Below are positions 28,701 through 36,141 of a DNA stretch of 64,000 nt, piece after piece. Where the stretch lies: sequence record OU509535.1; one strand, written 5' to 3'. The notes under the pieces were generated by a model. The model made no database searches. It was not told the origin of the DNA and saw only the letters and a list, made by a program, of their open reading frames with translations. Each line of letters opens with the position of its first letter. The stretch's first letter is position 1. The position numbers were made by a program, and so were the translations under genes.

Positions 28701-29672
28701 TTTACCACTTTTAATTAATACAACATCACCATCAAGTGGTTCACCACTTACACGTTCTGGTGTTTCTTCATCTGGGTCTAATGCTAAACCATAAACGCGA
28801 GTACCATCCTGCATTTGGTTGATGTATACTTTATAAATTCTGTTATTTTCACCACTGTTACCAATGCTGGTAAAAAGAATACGCATTCCGTCTAATGGGA
28901 TTTGTCCATCAATACGAATACCCTGATTAATATCTTTTTGTGCGATATCTTCTGGTTTTAATGAATCACTTAGTAGATCCACCACACCACGGAACTGTGT
29001 ACCAAAATTCATTAGTTCGATATCTTTGTTATATTCAATAATTGGTACTTGTGCACGTACAAAACGATTATCATATGATAATTCATCATTCAGTACTGAA
29101 CCATCTGGTAAAGTATCACCAATGGTATACCAGAAGTTTTGTAATGACCATAAGTTTCCGTTTTTAGCATTACGTTGCATTACAACATAATCAGGACTAG
29201 CGATACCATATTCATTTTCAGTATCCCAAAGATATGAACTAAAATTAATCATTTTATTTGGATTAATTGGTGGAGTCCATGAATAAATTCTTGAATTAAA
29301 CAGTCGGCTTTGATTATCAGTAATTGCACCATAATGATTCATATAAGAAACCAGATCATCATAGAATTCAATACTACGAATACTTTGATCTACATTACGG
29401 GAGACATAAGCTGGAGATAACTGATATGCTTGGCGTGGTTGTGTTGATTCATTAACGAAAATCTTGCCACTCGCTGCTGGAGAACCCATATCACCAAGAT
29501 ACCCATCAACTATTTTTTGTTCAGTGGGATTAAAGAATTGTTGAATAACATCATCACATACCTTTTGGATATCTTCCAAGCCTTGCATCCATTCTGGTAA
29601 TCTCTTAATGAACAACTTTTGTTGTACTGCTTCAGCCGTTTTTGTTGGTTGAAACTTAAAATCATTAGCCAT
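19704..29672 (-). CDS. giant (~3,320 aa) baseplate wedge-like virion protein (gp7 position)
   Basis: Uninterrupted ~10-kb ORF directly after the gp6-like gene; probable start MANDF at 29672 behind a GGAG SD. Confidence 0.75.
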   Translation of the reverse strand: MANDFKFQPTKTAEAVQQKLFIKRLPEWMQGLEDIQKVCDDVIQQFFNPTEQKIVDGYLGDMGSPAASGKIFVNESTQPRQAYQLSPAYVSRNVDQSIRSIEFYDDLVSYMNHYGAITDNQSRLFNSRIYSWTPPINPNKMINFSSYLWDTENEYGIASPDYVVMQRNAKNGNLWSLQNFWYTIGDTLPDGSVLNDELSYDNRFVRAQVPIIEYNKDIELMNFGTQFRGVVDLLSDSLKPEDIAQKDINQGIRIDGQIPLDGMRILFTSIGNSGENNRIYKVYINQMQDGTRVYGLALDPDEETPERVSGEPLDGDVVLIKSGKVYGNTTMYWNGHNWIATQKKNGTNAFPLFQLYDRNGVKLQDSTVYPSSTFSGSSLFGLKINYNYKVDSYYGYNVELGDYNYYIYENFIESTRYEYISSGETKEIPGFYYYNIIGDEDSVLKTDWVRSTEFSKQFVKQTPQIERTDMYRVFSTVYEMESFSSQAIDGMYAYVIETNATYQYYKEESETYYDWHMVNTEGIQSELYNRSYELAQKVIDGSSDIIEIQVNGVVVEDYTRNVSNGKVQSITIGDSVDLDSESVIQIRTYSSTEVPDTDLGSYEIPVNLQNNPYSDNISYIDQSNYTLHFQEIVQKNITSGAVDNINDYEERLEQGLVDNAVGTKIIQNEGSLLPLMAHTANSDIDLFEALMFLQGEYLRFNNRFENYMLNMYKEDPSKFLSTSSSDICDTILSNINVGKDSTFAFYYDGVGSTTTTIRTFIPPTPQFMGVLKVHKPEKTVYLTAASKQVPYNIRHTGEITKSYRVINGVDKMDDVIYELETRIYNSIDNTFKDEDYQPELDSSDLFPTPYYRDTEYSAEERDELLLRGYINFIATNGIDSTTHNYDQQNWMTWNYSGTYYTVNGVITDFPARGSWRAIYTDQFGTYRPATHPWEMFGFGVRPTWWNQEYEPTEVQVGTNEDDILYVYEALVVNESGELVPSGLWDVNGVKGDASTGTILYGDRKGQHDKYKRFGTQPFVITKTGEYSTNGKEICTVDYIQPDVLGLVKGTIKERSAPWSYGDMGDNEFTYMNNAMFSYDVMMQIYRAKPAQFCNYFWDTLNDTLKTVKTGGLQLQYKETRTRLNFNSDTVVHGENNTRVLGYQMAVSNYLTYQSKNITSKYGDLVRTSYISIAHKLGGFTKSNELTFTSESFGLISQENQTIGLVRSNNIKNEVLSAVKITFNGSNYIIKGYDLVNATFTYKLPVKNGKKVTVTEGNRTVVHYMEWKEDDTLEYGSILNTFQDVYTFLCGYGQYLVEHGWIFEDVDDTGVQQDWSTIAKYFLQWSTTDLTIGDYISCTPSSKNAKFGTYFGSVQSISETNGGVWSLLDDDNSGIYPYEVETSRIGNVFTVRVNEDVDKRMALVRLGVCSWEHAVVFDDKTIFGDSIYQPTFGSIQELVKMYGYITDSWVGRLQAPGFIILEAGTLPSFETLVTNFQHYYDSNDPVSDVQLYDLSTHVIGYQTRDYLQQMITNNPNRVDFYRGFIRDKGSNLVMERVLRVSKSYNTDEYKALQEWAFKVGTYGNVNAKKNLQFQLINSDFKQEPQLVTFNKDVNTSTSSTEIVYYGSQGEDSRWITRPKGKFRFPMRSGKSDNIHLPDIGPVNLNEVSYTTWTYQDSYEDRMNYIKNNGENPDSVWMFVDMNQEWNIFDLVDTGVSMLSITPIENTDTYAEQYCTVQLDAEAPLDDGDYYYFVDDTYFMPDALTVESQYFTAGDDKTKIVVPFDTSITINFTDPDTRPKLYKYTSRFSDTTERQAYIDKKYSFDVPDSTLFDRPSTYNSKTNITELYLNIFDPINGVLPGTAMKDVSYISPVDPAQYNSNGETIQAWGSEKVGQVWWDTSTAFYLDYTRPVLDENGDIDEDATNEYRRYNWGRLLPHSDINVLEWVKSPVQPYNWDKYCQEQTKNNKNNTMYIPSGTAIMDNYTSFIEYDETTDSYVTYYYFWVRDTIYVPPINTRSKSCTDIARIIKDPHLLDVPWFAPINENSFILSNMQYEITDDTSILTVSYHEDSVDIIKHEQYQLCKEGDSYNFNSDIWNSLWNSLKGHETTKSGVVNEIVYPDVELGLGSSKTWFMDLIEARRTFVDSANNYYKTQNIITDTVLMSEVFNVKTTEVNENSVTFRVLAYNNEFVVSTDFDKFDENDAVILSSTGVLPSPLDTTSVYFVHYDSNGYIRFMTTKSTDANPSTITLEGLGEGQHSMIKQSDYVESLGTSLDMTQYWEYADWYSDGYDENTDYTQEASLDIANTKNYQVGDVIRITDSDGWTMYVKTSSRNTVFWNAIGRQNSTIALNSSLYDGYEVYNSDGSLSNKEINVRSALDLIKNSFDLAQSNIVFDMVKYVHVEQGVVDWVFKTSYIYIVGLEQSLKQNYTNDELINQIIEYFNEVKPYRTKIRSQIEQKTSDTDYVYGVCNDLDPNGYEYNGTIWVKTQSDIWDYEYAEYNESTGQWVVVGSIPNDFVYPDRKFQEIDISMQFDNVQCQPDSDLYDVTSLEENNAKYVSNSDDNVQYYEIQRFKYTLPVVEVDEIYTQISVDMFELYSDFDTSLDLVDAINAWYKLNVDDAERTESFTSDLDRITSELYSTSNLTQDVRMYSQYNTLSNRLKLYSSMSSDVIHDTIGCGLSGEIYNDNPNTRLPFGFSSSSDFNMGYFEISEDLFAHYRELILEETPDADEETIRSVMEIEYGIYCFKYDIDSQGRYYKDAIHVLTAIRNTFDKDSDDPYAYAEDILNSNRKSMDIQAFVMIPRKYIRFNINGSYVSIPDDRSIDEYMEDLFITDGSVVTAVEIDMDDLEMDDNNPMYSDYMVVLEGIKGQKYYNDMNAYDNLGLESQYKTVALSYEGDLTESVFIDISELNPSANAISQMRFTVDGYSNDSTSLQQIKDFSRFQIEGFVVLNPYKRTEAIVSIPPYSLVQNYVNRTVIKKDSYNYISTIDSIISSTEFLMKNSNLNSGDKVMVFTPDGDDYYRYQNFTHELILSTDKIKENDRPIMFEVELNNGVYSLVDSNGNKLEFNNLTTNNTGEPYTKTSINVIRIRSFADHEFNNNGDLLYESIRNYRVDVMDYDVFYDISLNNGDYTDEIDPLDLDVWLISNELVETSDGVVDSGYFMPNTGVGTLDELVRIGTPESLEFTVYEYDVDDIKPVFDGVRWTYSYDLTDKVYIGDTTCTVTSVTKVENENTTYVVEPVSVGTYSVKDNIITGSTSYDDIIVLGYEKVHVRNNNNILRSDMYSAEHYFAKGETYTFTGINLGVELNFSVYKNYYKPIDVSVYANSLKIDGLVLNNLLNVI

Positions 29673-29722
29673 GTTTAGCTCCATAAATTCTTTCTTATAT
29701 CATATGTTTTTATTTATTACAT

Positions 29723-29748
29723 AAAAAGGCGTCCACTGGGGACGCCTT
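29723..29748 (-). terminator. terminator after the gp6-like gene
   Basis: AAGGCGTCC/GGACGCCTT stem with U tract on -; late-like AATAAATA follows on - at 29711-29718. Confidence 0.7.
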
Positions 29749-29751
29749 AAA

Positions 29752-32700
29752 TTATGAACCAATATTGATATTAGTCTTAGCAAGGGATTTGACAATTTGT
29801 ACATTATCAACTGTTGCAGTACTAATAAAAATCTGATCACTTTGAGATGGTATTTCAAATAAAGAACCAAATTTAGAATCTGGATTTTGTGATACAATAA
29901 CGATTGTACTAATATATCTACCTAAATTACTTTGAATATAAGTACACAAATCAGTATAATAAAAACTTTCACCAAAGTCCCAGTTATCTATACTGAAGTA
30001 TTCATTACAAAGAGAAATAACATTTTGTCTTATTTCATCATCACTCATAGTAGTATTTGGTAGTGGTACCACTTTGAAATCAGCCCTGTATGATTCATCT
30101 GCACTATCACCAAATAAAGGAAGATATCTTGCACTGTGCCAAATTAAACTATCACTGATTACACTCCTTAACTCAACATCGCTAAATGTTTGTTTAAGTT
30201 CAACTGAAGTTGGTGGTTTAGGAATAGTACCACTTGCACCATTCTTAATCCACAATTGTACTTCATCATGATAAGATGTTGTTAATACATACATATCAAT
30301 TAGGTTAGTTTTACTTGGATCTATGCGATTATCATCTGGTGCATAATGTTTCCAGTGGAAATATACACCGCTTCTTGCACCAACTTTAACATCGTATTGA
30401 GTACTTACATCATCATATCCATAATAACTGAGTTTTTGGTTTTCATCAACATCGGATGAACCGTTATTCATAATAGCTCTATAAAACGCAGTTTCTGGTG
30501 TAATAGCCGAAGTATCATCAGATGAAGTCATATTTGTAATTAAATTATTAAGACGATCATTGTTATTTCCCACATTTTGTTCAATGAAGTAATAATTATC
30601 ATTGTACGCAAATCCAATAACAAAACCTGAACCTTTATTGAACAAATCACTCAATAAGGTACTTCTGATTTCCACGTTTCTGGTAAATTCTTTTCGTTTA
30701 TATGCATTGGTTTCTGCTAATGCATCAGAATTAGTATATTTCCATGAAGAATCTAATAAAGTAAAATCATCATCTGGTAAATTTAATGCTTCTACTGTGA
30801 AATCTTCATTTTGCTGGAATATCAAAATTGCACCATATTTTTTGAGATCAGTTGATTCCCAGGCCGGTACTATATTACTGAATTGATTTGGCTCAAGTGG
30901 GATACCATTGGTATCTATTTTAGTACTACTGATAACTACACGAGAACCATCTATATAACCATTATCCTGTTCAATATTATCAATAATCTGGAACTGGATA
31001 TCACTAGACAGACCCAAATTACTGGTATCAGTAGTATTTGAACTTAAAATTGTTATTTTATCGTTCTGTACTGTACCACTGTTGATATCATTAATTTTAT
31101 TTGGGTTAACAAAATAAAAACGAACTTTAGAACCACCAACGAAGATATATTCAATACCATTTGATTCAAAACTCCATGATTCAGATGTGTACTTGATATT
31201 AACCATTACTGGAACAGTAATACCCTGATATGAGATTTCTTCTTCATCAGTACTGATTTCAACTGGAACCCAGCGTGAAATAGATGTATCATAAATGAGT
31301 ACAAAATCCGTTTTTTTATCCAGTTCAGCGGAAATAGATTGAATTTCGACTGAATTGAAACTAATTCGGTAAGGTTTGATATATTCCTGAATATACATAG
31401 ATGTAGGAACAGTAGTACTTAAAATATAATACCCATTCTCAAGGACATTAGTGATACTACTCCATATCGTCGTGTTTCCATCAGTGAATAAAATTAAAGT
31501 ACCAACTTGGTAATCATACAAGGTCTTTCCTGTACTATCAAGTATTTTACCATATGTATTGTTTGTATAATTTGAATTATATTCAGGAGTCCAGATATTT
31601 CTCAATTCAAGTGTGACAGTATTACTTGGATATGATTGATATTTCTGTATAACTGCATTTTCACCAATTAATGGTTGGATACTATCAACTACTATACTTG
31701 CATTTGGTTTAGATGTTGGCAATGATACTGTATTTTTATAAGTAACTTTATCTTTATACATACTACCATCATCACTGAATACATCAGTGTTTTGATATTT
31801 CCCGGTTGGGTCATTAATGTCAATGAATCGTGACTGACCACTATATATTCGGTTAATAGCTTTTGCTTTTTGAACCAAATTACCCTGACTTAATGGTGCA
31901 ATATCATAATCCTCACCATTGACAAATCGGTTTTGGGTGTAATATAATTGTGGAGCACGAGCTTTAATCTGTTCCAGAGTTTCAGCACTTTGTGCACGAC
32001 TACTTTCGTACTGTAATGTAAATTTAACTTCAAGGATACTCTGTTCGTAGTTTGATTGTGCATTAGTTCTGTACTGATATTTTATACTTTTATTTTGGAT
32101 ATCAGTTGTTTTAATACTGTATGTCATCCCATTACTAACACGATACCACGTTCTGAATGTTCCACGTGGAACAACACCACTTCTTGAATCAGGAAACTTA
32201 ATACTAATTTGATCATTATCACGCGTGGTTACAGCGAAAATAGTTTGTTTTTTTCTGTCTACACTGTTATAAGCAACACTTTCCATTGCAGGAACTTTAG
32301 TCCATTTGGTTCTTACTAAACCGTCCTGATTAATTTCTTGTACCCAAACATCTGTTTCATTAATATTATTAACATTAATATCCTGTAAACGGTTTTCAAT
32401 ACTCACACTATAATCGAAGTCTTGTTTAGAAAGTGTGCCTTGTTTGAAATAAACGAAAAATCCAGTATTGATTGAATTAAAACCATTACCATCATTCTGA
32501 TAAATGATATATTTTTGTTCTTGTGGTTCAGGATGACGTTCATCGACACCAGAAGAGCTAATATCAGGGTTTACTACTTCAAATTTCATACTTTCACCAT
32601 TTACGTTTGCACTAAATGGGATAGCTGGTGATTGCATTTGATTAGTATTCATTTTATACAAATGAGTACTCAGCCCATTCACATTAGTTTTCTTAACTGG

Positions 32701-33216
32701 ATTACCAAACTGGTTGGTACTCACAAAAACATTGTTCATAACCAGAATAAAGTTCTCGTACCAGTTAGGATCAGTAGGGTCATTCCATCTAATCGTTTTA
32801 TCTTTAAGTGATTTATTAAAACTATTTCGTACATCCTGGTTTGTTTTTATTTCAGTGACTTTAGCTAATGCACGACCTGGATATGAACGTCTTGGAGCAT
32901 AAGAGATCATTTTAGCAAGTTTAAGTACAGAAGCCCTGCGGGTTGCAGTATCCATAAAGTTTTCACGAGTGTTCATGTCCATACGAAATGCAAGGTTTTG
33001 ACCAAGCATGGCAATCGTGTCCAGAATGAATAAAAATTCATCATTTGCAATCCAGTCATTGAATGTATCAGGATAGTTAGTACTAAGATAGTCAACCATA
33101 CTTTGACGTATACTATCGAAATCATATGAATTCAATGAAATTTGATAAAAACTTTCATATATTTGCGACCAGTCTTCACCAGCGTATAAATTAGATTGTC
33201 TTCTTTGCTGAGACAT
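29752..33216 (-). CDS. gp6: gp6-like baseplate wedge subunit
   Basis: YDFDSIRQSMVDYL...DWI...ENFMDTATRRASVLKLAKMISY; QNRFVNGEDY motif. Confidence 0.85.
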   Translation of the reverse strand: MSQQRRQSNLYAGEDWSQIYESFYQISLNSYDFDSIRQSMVDYLSTNYPDTFNDWIANDEFLFILDTIAMLGQNLAFRMDMNTRENFMDTATRRASVLKLAKMISYAPRRSYPGRALAKVTEIKTNQDVRNSFNKSLKDKTIRWNDPTDPNWYENFILVMNNVFVSTNQFGNPVKKTNVNGLSTHLYKMNTNQMQSPAIPFSANVNGESMKFEVVNPDISSSGVDERHPEPQEQKYIIYQNDGNGFNSINTGFFVYFKQGTLSKQDFDYSVSIENRLQDINVNNINETDVWVQEINQDGLVRTKWTKVPAMESVAYNSVDRKKQTIFAVTTRDNDQISIKFPDSRSGVVPRGTFRTWYRVSNGMTYSIKTTDIQNKSIKYQYRTNAQSNYEQSILEVKFTLQYESSRAQSAETLEQIKARAPQLYYTQNRFVNGEDYDIAPLSQGNLVQKAKAINRIYSGQSRFIDINDPTGKYQNTDVFSDDGSMYKDKVTYKNTVSLPTSKPNASIVVDSIQPLIGENAVIQKYQSYPSNTVTLELRNIWTPEYNSNYTNNTYGKILDSTGKTLYDYQVGTLILFTDGNTTIWSSITNVLENGYYILSTTVPTSMYIQEYIKPYRISFNSVEIQSISAELDKKTDFVLIYDTSISRWVPVEISTDEEEISYQGITVPVMVNIKYTSESWSFESNGIEYIFVGGSKVRFYFVNPNKINDINSGTVQNDKITILSSNTTDTSNLGLSSDIQFQIIDNIEQDNGYIDGSRVVISSTKIDTNGIPLEPNQFSNIVPAWESTDLKKYGAILIFQQNEDFTVEALNLPDDDFTLLDSSWKYTNSDALAETNAYKRKEFTRNVEIRSTLLSDLFNKGSGFVIGFAYNDNYYFIEQNVGNNNDRLNNLITNMTSSDDTSAITPETAFYRAIMNNGSSDVDENQKLSYYGYDDVSTQYDVKVGARSGVYFHWKHYAPDDNRIDPSKTNLIDMYVLTTSYHDEVQLWIKNGASGTIPKPPTSVELKQTFSDVELRSVISDSLIWHSARYLPLFGDSADESYRADFKVVPLPNTTMSDDEIRQNVISLCNEYFSIDNWDFGESFYYTDLCTYIQSNLGRYISTIVIVSQNPDSKFGSLFEIPSQSDQIFISTATVDNVQIVKSLAKTNINIGS

Positions 33217-33419
33217 ATATGTTATTCCTTTAAAATTATGTTGAATGTATTTTTAAAGTGCTGTATAAGTACTGAAATATGATTTTCATCATATCTAATT
33301 CTCAATAGTCATTCTTTATACACGTAATTATGTTTTCTAATGATTCATTATTACTTTGGTATTGTAAATTGATTCATTTAACCATATAAAATACTATCCA
33401 GTACTATATTCTATGAAGA

Positions 33420-33427
33420 TATTTATA
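33420..33427 (-). promoter_or_regulatory. T4-type late promoter TATAAATA
   Basis: Exact TATAAATA on - right after a terminator, upstream of the gp6-like gene. Confidence 0.65.
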
Positions 33428-33434
33428 AAATAAT

Positions 33435-33457
33435 AAAGGCTCCATATCGGAGCCTTT
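33435..33457 (-). terminator. terminator after gp25
   Basis: AAAGGCTCC-ATATC-GGAGCCTTT hairpin. Confidence 0.65.
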
Positions 33458-33464
33458 AATGTTA

Positions 33465-33854
33465 TTATGAAACAACATAAGATGACATTTTATCAGTGTT
33501 TCTGTTATCAAATACCATACGAAGAGTTTCAACTGAATTTAGAATTACATACTTCAGTTGTAATTCAACTACATAACCGTAATCAATTTTTTCGGCTGCA
33601 ATATTCAATAGTTCAACTCTTGGTTCTTCATACACAATTCTCCTACAGTCAGCTTCAATAAGATTGAGTGTGTTGTAGCTATCCAGTGAGAAGATTAAAT
33701 CCCAACCAATAAACCCGTAGTTAGCATCAAATGCTCTCTCTCCTTTTCTGGTATTGAAGTGATTGAGAAGGTCTTGACGAATCAATTCTTCATTGTATAA
33801 TGTTTTTGTTCTACCCTGTGATGGAGTAGAAAATCCTTTAAAAACAACAGCCAT
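33465..33854 (-). CDS. gp25: gp25-like baseplate wedge protein
   Basis: FKGFST...IRQDLLNHFNTRKGER...YG...YEEPRVEL. Confidence 0.9.
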   Translation of the reverse strand: MAVVFKGFSTPSQGRTKTLYNEELIRQDLLNHFNTRKGERAFDANYGFIGWDLIFSLDSYNTLNLIEADCRRIVYEEPRVELLNIAAEKIDYGYVVELQLKYVILNSVETLRMVFDNRNTDKMSSYVVS

Positions 33855-33868
33855 ATATTAATTTCCTG

Positions 33869-34357
33869 TTATGCAGCAGATTCGACGATTTTAGCCATTT
33901 TATCTGCACGAGATGTAGTTTGACGATACCACAGTGAATCACGCATTTGACGTCCTGCTTCTTTATAATCAGCACGACCTAAAGCAGCAAGTGCTTTTTT
34001 GAAGTTAAGCACTTTTGATTTACCCATTTGAAATACCATTAGCCATAGAACACGCTGTACGCTCTCTGGAGCAGTCATACCGAATTGTTGATAGATTGCC
34101 TTAGCATCATTGTATGCTTGTTTAGCGTCCTTCAGGAGCAGTGCATCAGCCTCTTTTTCAGTTAGTCCGTTTTTAAAGTTCTCACCTTTTAAAACCAGAT
34201 GACCATAACCAATAGTATCTAGACCTAAACTGTCTTTGTATACCCAGAATTTGTTATTTTTAAAATAACCAAGTTTAGACTGATACGCGATAGTACCTTC
34301 AAACTCTTTGACTTCAGTAAAAAACTGTTTATCATCACTAGAAATAGACCAGCCCAT
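33869..34357 (-). CDS. GH24 (T4-type) lysozyme/endolysin
   Basis: EFEG...YKDSLGLDTIGYGHL...MVFQMG...DSLWYRQTTSRA. Confidence 0.92.
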   Translation of the reverse strand: MGWSISSDDKQFFTEVKEFEGTIAYQSKLGYFKNNKFWVYKDSLGLDTIGYGHLVLKGENFKNGLTEKEADALLLKDAKQAYNDAKAIYQQFGMTAPESVQRVLWLMVFQMGKSKVLNFKKALAALGRADYKEAGRQMRDSLWYRQTTSRADKMAKIVESAA

Positions 34358-34384
34358 ATTTTTACCTCTTTTACTTAAATTTAC

Positions 34385-34413
34385 TTGACTTTGTATTTAT
34401 ATTAGAGTATATT
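34385..34413 (+). promoter_or_regulatory. sigma70-type promoter for the two-gene island
   Basis: TTGACT-N17-TATATT. Confidence 0.55.
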
Positions 34414-34467
34414 TGTGTAGTAAAAATATTTGAATACTAAAAGTTGTTAATTATTTAAGGTGTTTAA

Positions 34468-34890
34468 ATGAGATATGATGTTATAAATGATGTTAGATCT
34501 GTTTCTGTGGTTAATAAAAAGTACTTCTATAAACCAAAAGGTAAAAACAATAAGAAGTATGAAACCATGATTGATGAATACGGAACAGAAGTGATTTGTA
34601 GTGATGTACCACTTGATTTACCAGAATTATCATATGAATACAATTCTTCAATTGAATACAATGGTGTTGAATTTATTTATAGAACGTATATTCGTGATAA
34701 TTATGAAATAGAAGATGATGTAATATACAGACGTATGACAGATTACACTGAAATGGATGAAGATGAGCTATTCCAGTACTCATTGGTATTCGAGAATGAT
34801 AATTTTTCATTTCATGATGCAGTTAAAATACAAAAATGGTTAATTATGAGATATCGTGTTGTTAATACCACGATTAATGTGGATTTATAA
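34468..34890 (+). CDS. hypothetical protein
   Basis: 140 aa with AAGG SD; antisense to the baseplate operon. Confidence 0.75.
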   Translation: MRYDVINDVRSVSVVNKKYFYKPKGKNNKKYETMIDEYGTEVICSDVPLDLPELSYEYNSSIEYNGVEFIYRTYIRDNYEIEDDVIYRRMTDYTEMDEDELFQYSLVFENDNFSFHDAVKIQKWLIMRYRVVNTTINVDL

Positions 34891-34901
34891 GAGAGATTAT
34901 A

Positions 34902-35360
34902 ATGCCTGGAAAACCAGAGAATATTTATGACAATACAGAATTAACCATTATACTGAAAAATGTAAACAATTACAAGAATCTAAGTCCAGAAGCAAGGGAG
35001 ATATTCAAAGAAACGAATATCAAGTACAAACCGAGCGGTGCTGAAAGACCCTATGATATGGATCATATTTACTATATGATTAGAGTTCTAACTGAGGTGT
35101 CACTTGATTCAGTACGAAAGAGTTTAATTCTAAGGACAGGTGTCGTATTATCTAACAAGTCAATACAAAGATATAAGCGTGTTGTAATAGAAGTATCAAA
35201 AGCATTGTTATGTACACACAGAAATGGTATTGCTTTGCATATCAAAAAAGAAGAAGGAAAACACTATTTGACAGATCAACAAAGTTCCAGATTGAACACT
35301 TTAAGGAAAAAGGGTGTCCCTATTGAGGACATGATAAATTATCTACAGAAACTGCTCTAG
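34902..35360 (+). CDS. basic hypothetical protein, candidate DNA-binding/initiator protein
   Basis: 152 aa, K/R-rich; its stop codon abuts the first 36-bp repeat. Function is inferred from context only. Confidence 0.6.
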   Translation: MPGKPENIYDNTELTIILKNVNNYKNLSPEAREIFKETNIKYKPSGAERPYDMDHIYYMIRVLTEVSLDSVRKSLILRTGVVLSNKSIQRYKRVVIEVSKALLCTHRNGIALHIKKEEGKHYLTDQQSSRLNTLRKKGVPIEDMINYLQKLL

Positions 35361-35479
35361 CCCAGTATTCATGCGGGTTGTAGGAATTAGGGACACCTTT
35401 TTGTGTGTTTTTTTGGTGCAGTGTCCCTAATTCAGACCAAGAACCCAGTATTCATGCGGGTTGTAGGAATTAGGGACAC
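35361..35479. repeat. two perfect 36-bp direct repeats with an inverted half-site between them
   Basis: CCCAGTATTCATGCGGGTTGTAGGAATTAGGGACAC at 35361-35396 and 35444-35479; GTGTCCCTAATTC at 35421-35433. Confidence 0.97.
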
Positions 35480-35775
35480 TCTATTATTAAATTCATACTT
35501 TTTCCTGTCCTTAATTCAATAGGTCGCTACGCTCAAATATTGATCTTCGTCACTCCGTTCCTCGATCAATATTAAAATCGGCAATTTGCGTTTTGTTCTC
35601 GATTCGCAAGCGAACCAATCACAAACCCGCAGCGAATTGCGAATCTCCATTCGGTCAGTCAGCAATACTGCTTTTGGGAGAAAGCAACTCTCGGAGTGAT
35701 GAAAAACGAATTCCATTCTCCTCATGAAAAACCAACGAATAGTCGGTTCTGTTGAATTACTTGAATTATAATTGT

Positions 35776-36082
35776 CTGTATTCACTTCTAAGGAGTTTTA
35801 TACACTTCCTTAGTGGTTCTATGTCTTAAACAAGAAAACACATCAGAATGCGATACAGGAATTCTCGTAGCTATTATCAAAGCAGTTACTATCCATTGTA
35901 ATATCTGCTCCATTAAAAGGACGCCCAATTCAGTACTGAAAAACTTTTGTGAGTAAGTCATTTCAAACTGATTAATTTAAGGACACCCATTCAAATTAGC
36001 TGTATTCACTTCTAAGGAGTTTTATACACTTCCTTAGTGGTTCTATGTCTTAAACAAGAAAACACATCAGAATGCGATACAG
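35776..36082. repeat. two perfect 83-bp direct repeats
   Basis: CTGTATTCACTTCTAAGGAG...GAATGCGATACAG at 35776-35858 and 36000-36082. Confidence 0.97.
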
Positions 36083-36141
36083 AGCGTTTTATGTGGTGTT
36101 ACAGAAATAACAAAAGGAGCACATGGCTCCCTTTGTTATTA

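Noticed and set aside
35361-35479. Mini-CRISPR array (36-bp repeat, 47-bp spacer)
   Set aside because: There are only two repeats, the 'spacer' itself contains an inverted copy of the repeat core, and no cas gene is in the window. An iteron-like reading fits better.
35516-35785. Track ORF of 89 aa on -
   Set aside because: It lies across the hairpin-dense GC-rich core and the end of the 83-bp repeat, has atypical composition and no convincing SD.
35776-35858. Hammerhead ribozyme or tRNA in the 83-nt unit
   Set aside because: The - strand has CTGATGT, not CUGANGA, and no correctly placed GAAA core. There are no T-loop/D-loop consensus sequences or 7-bp acceptor stem.
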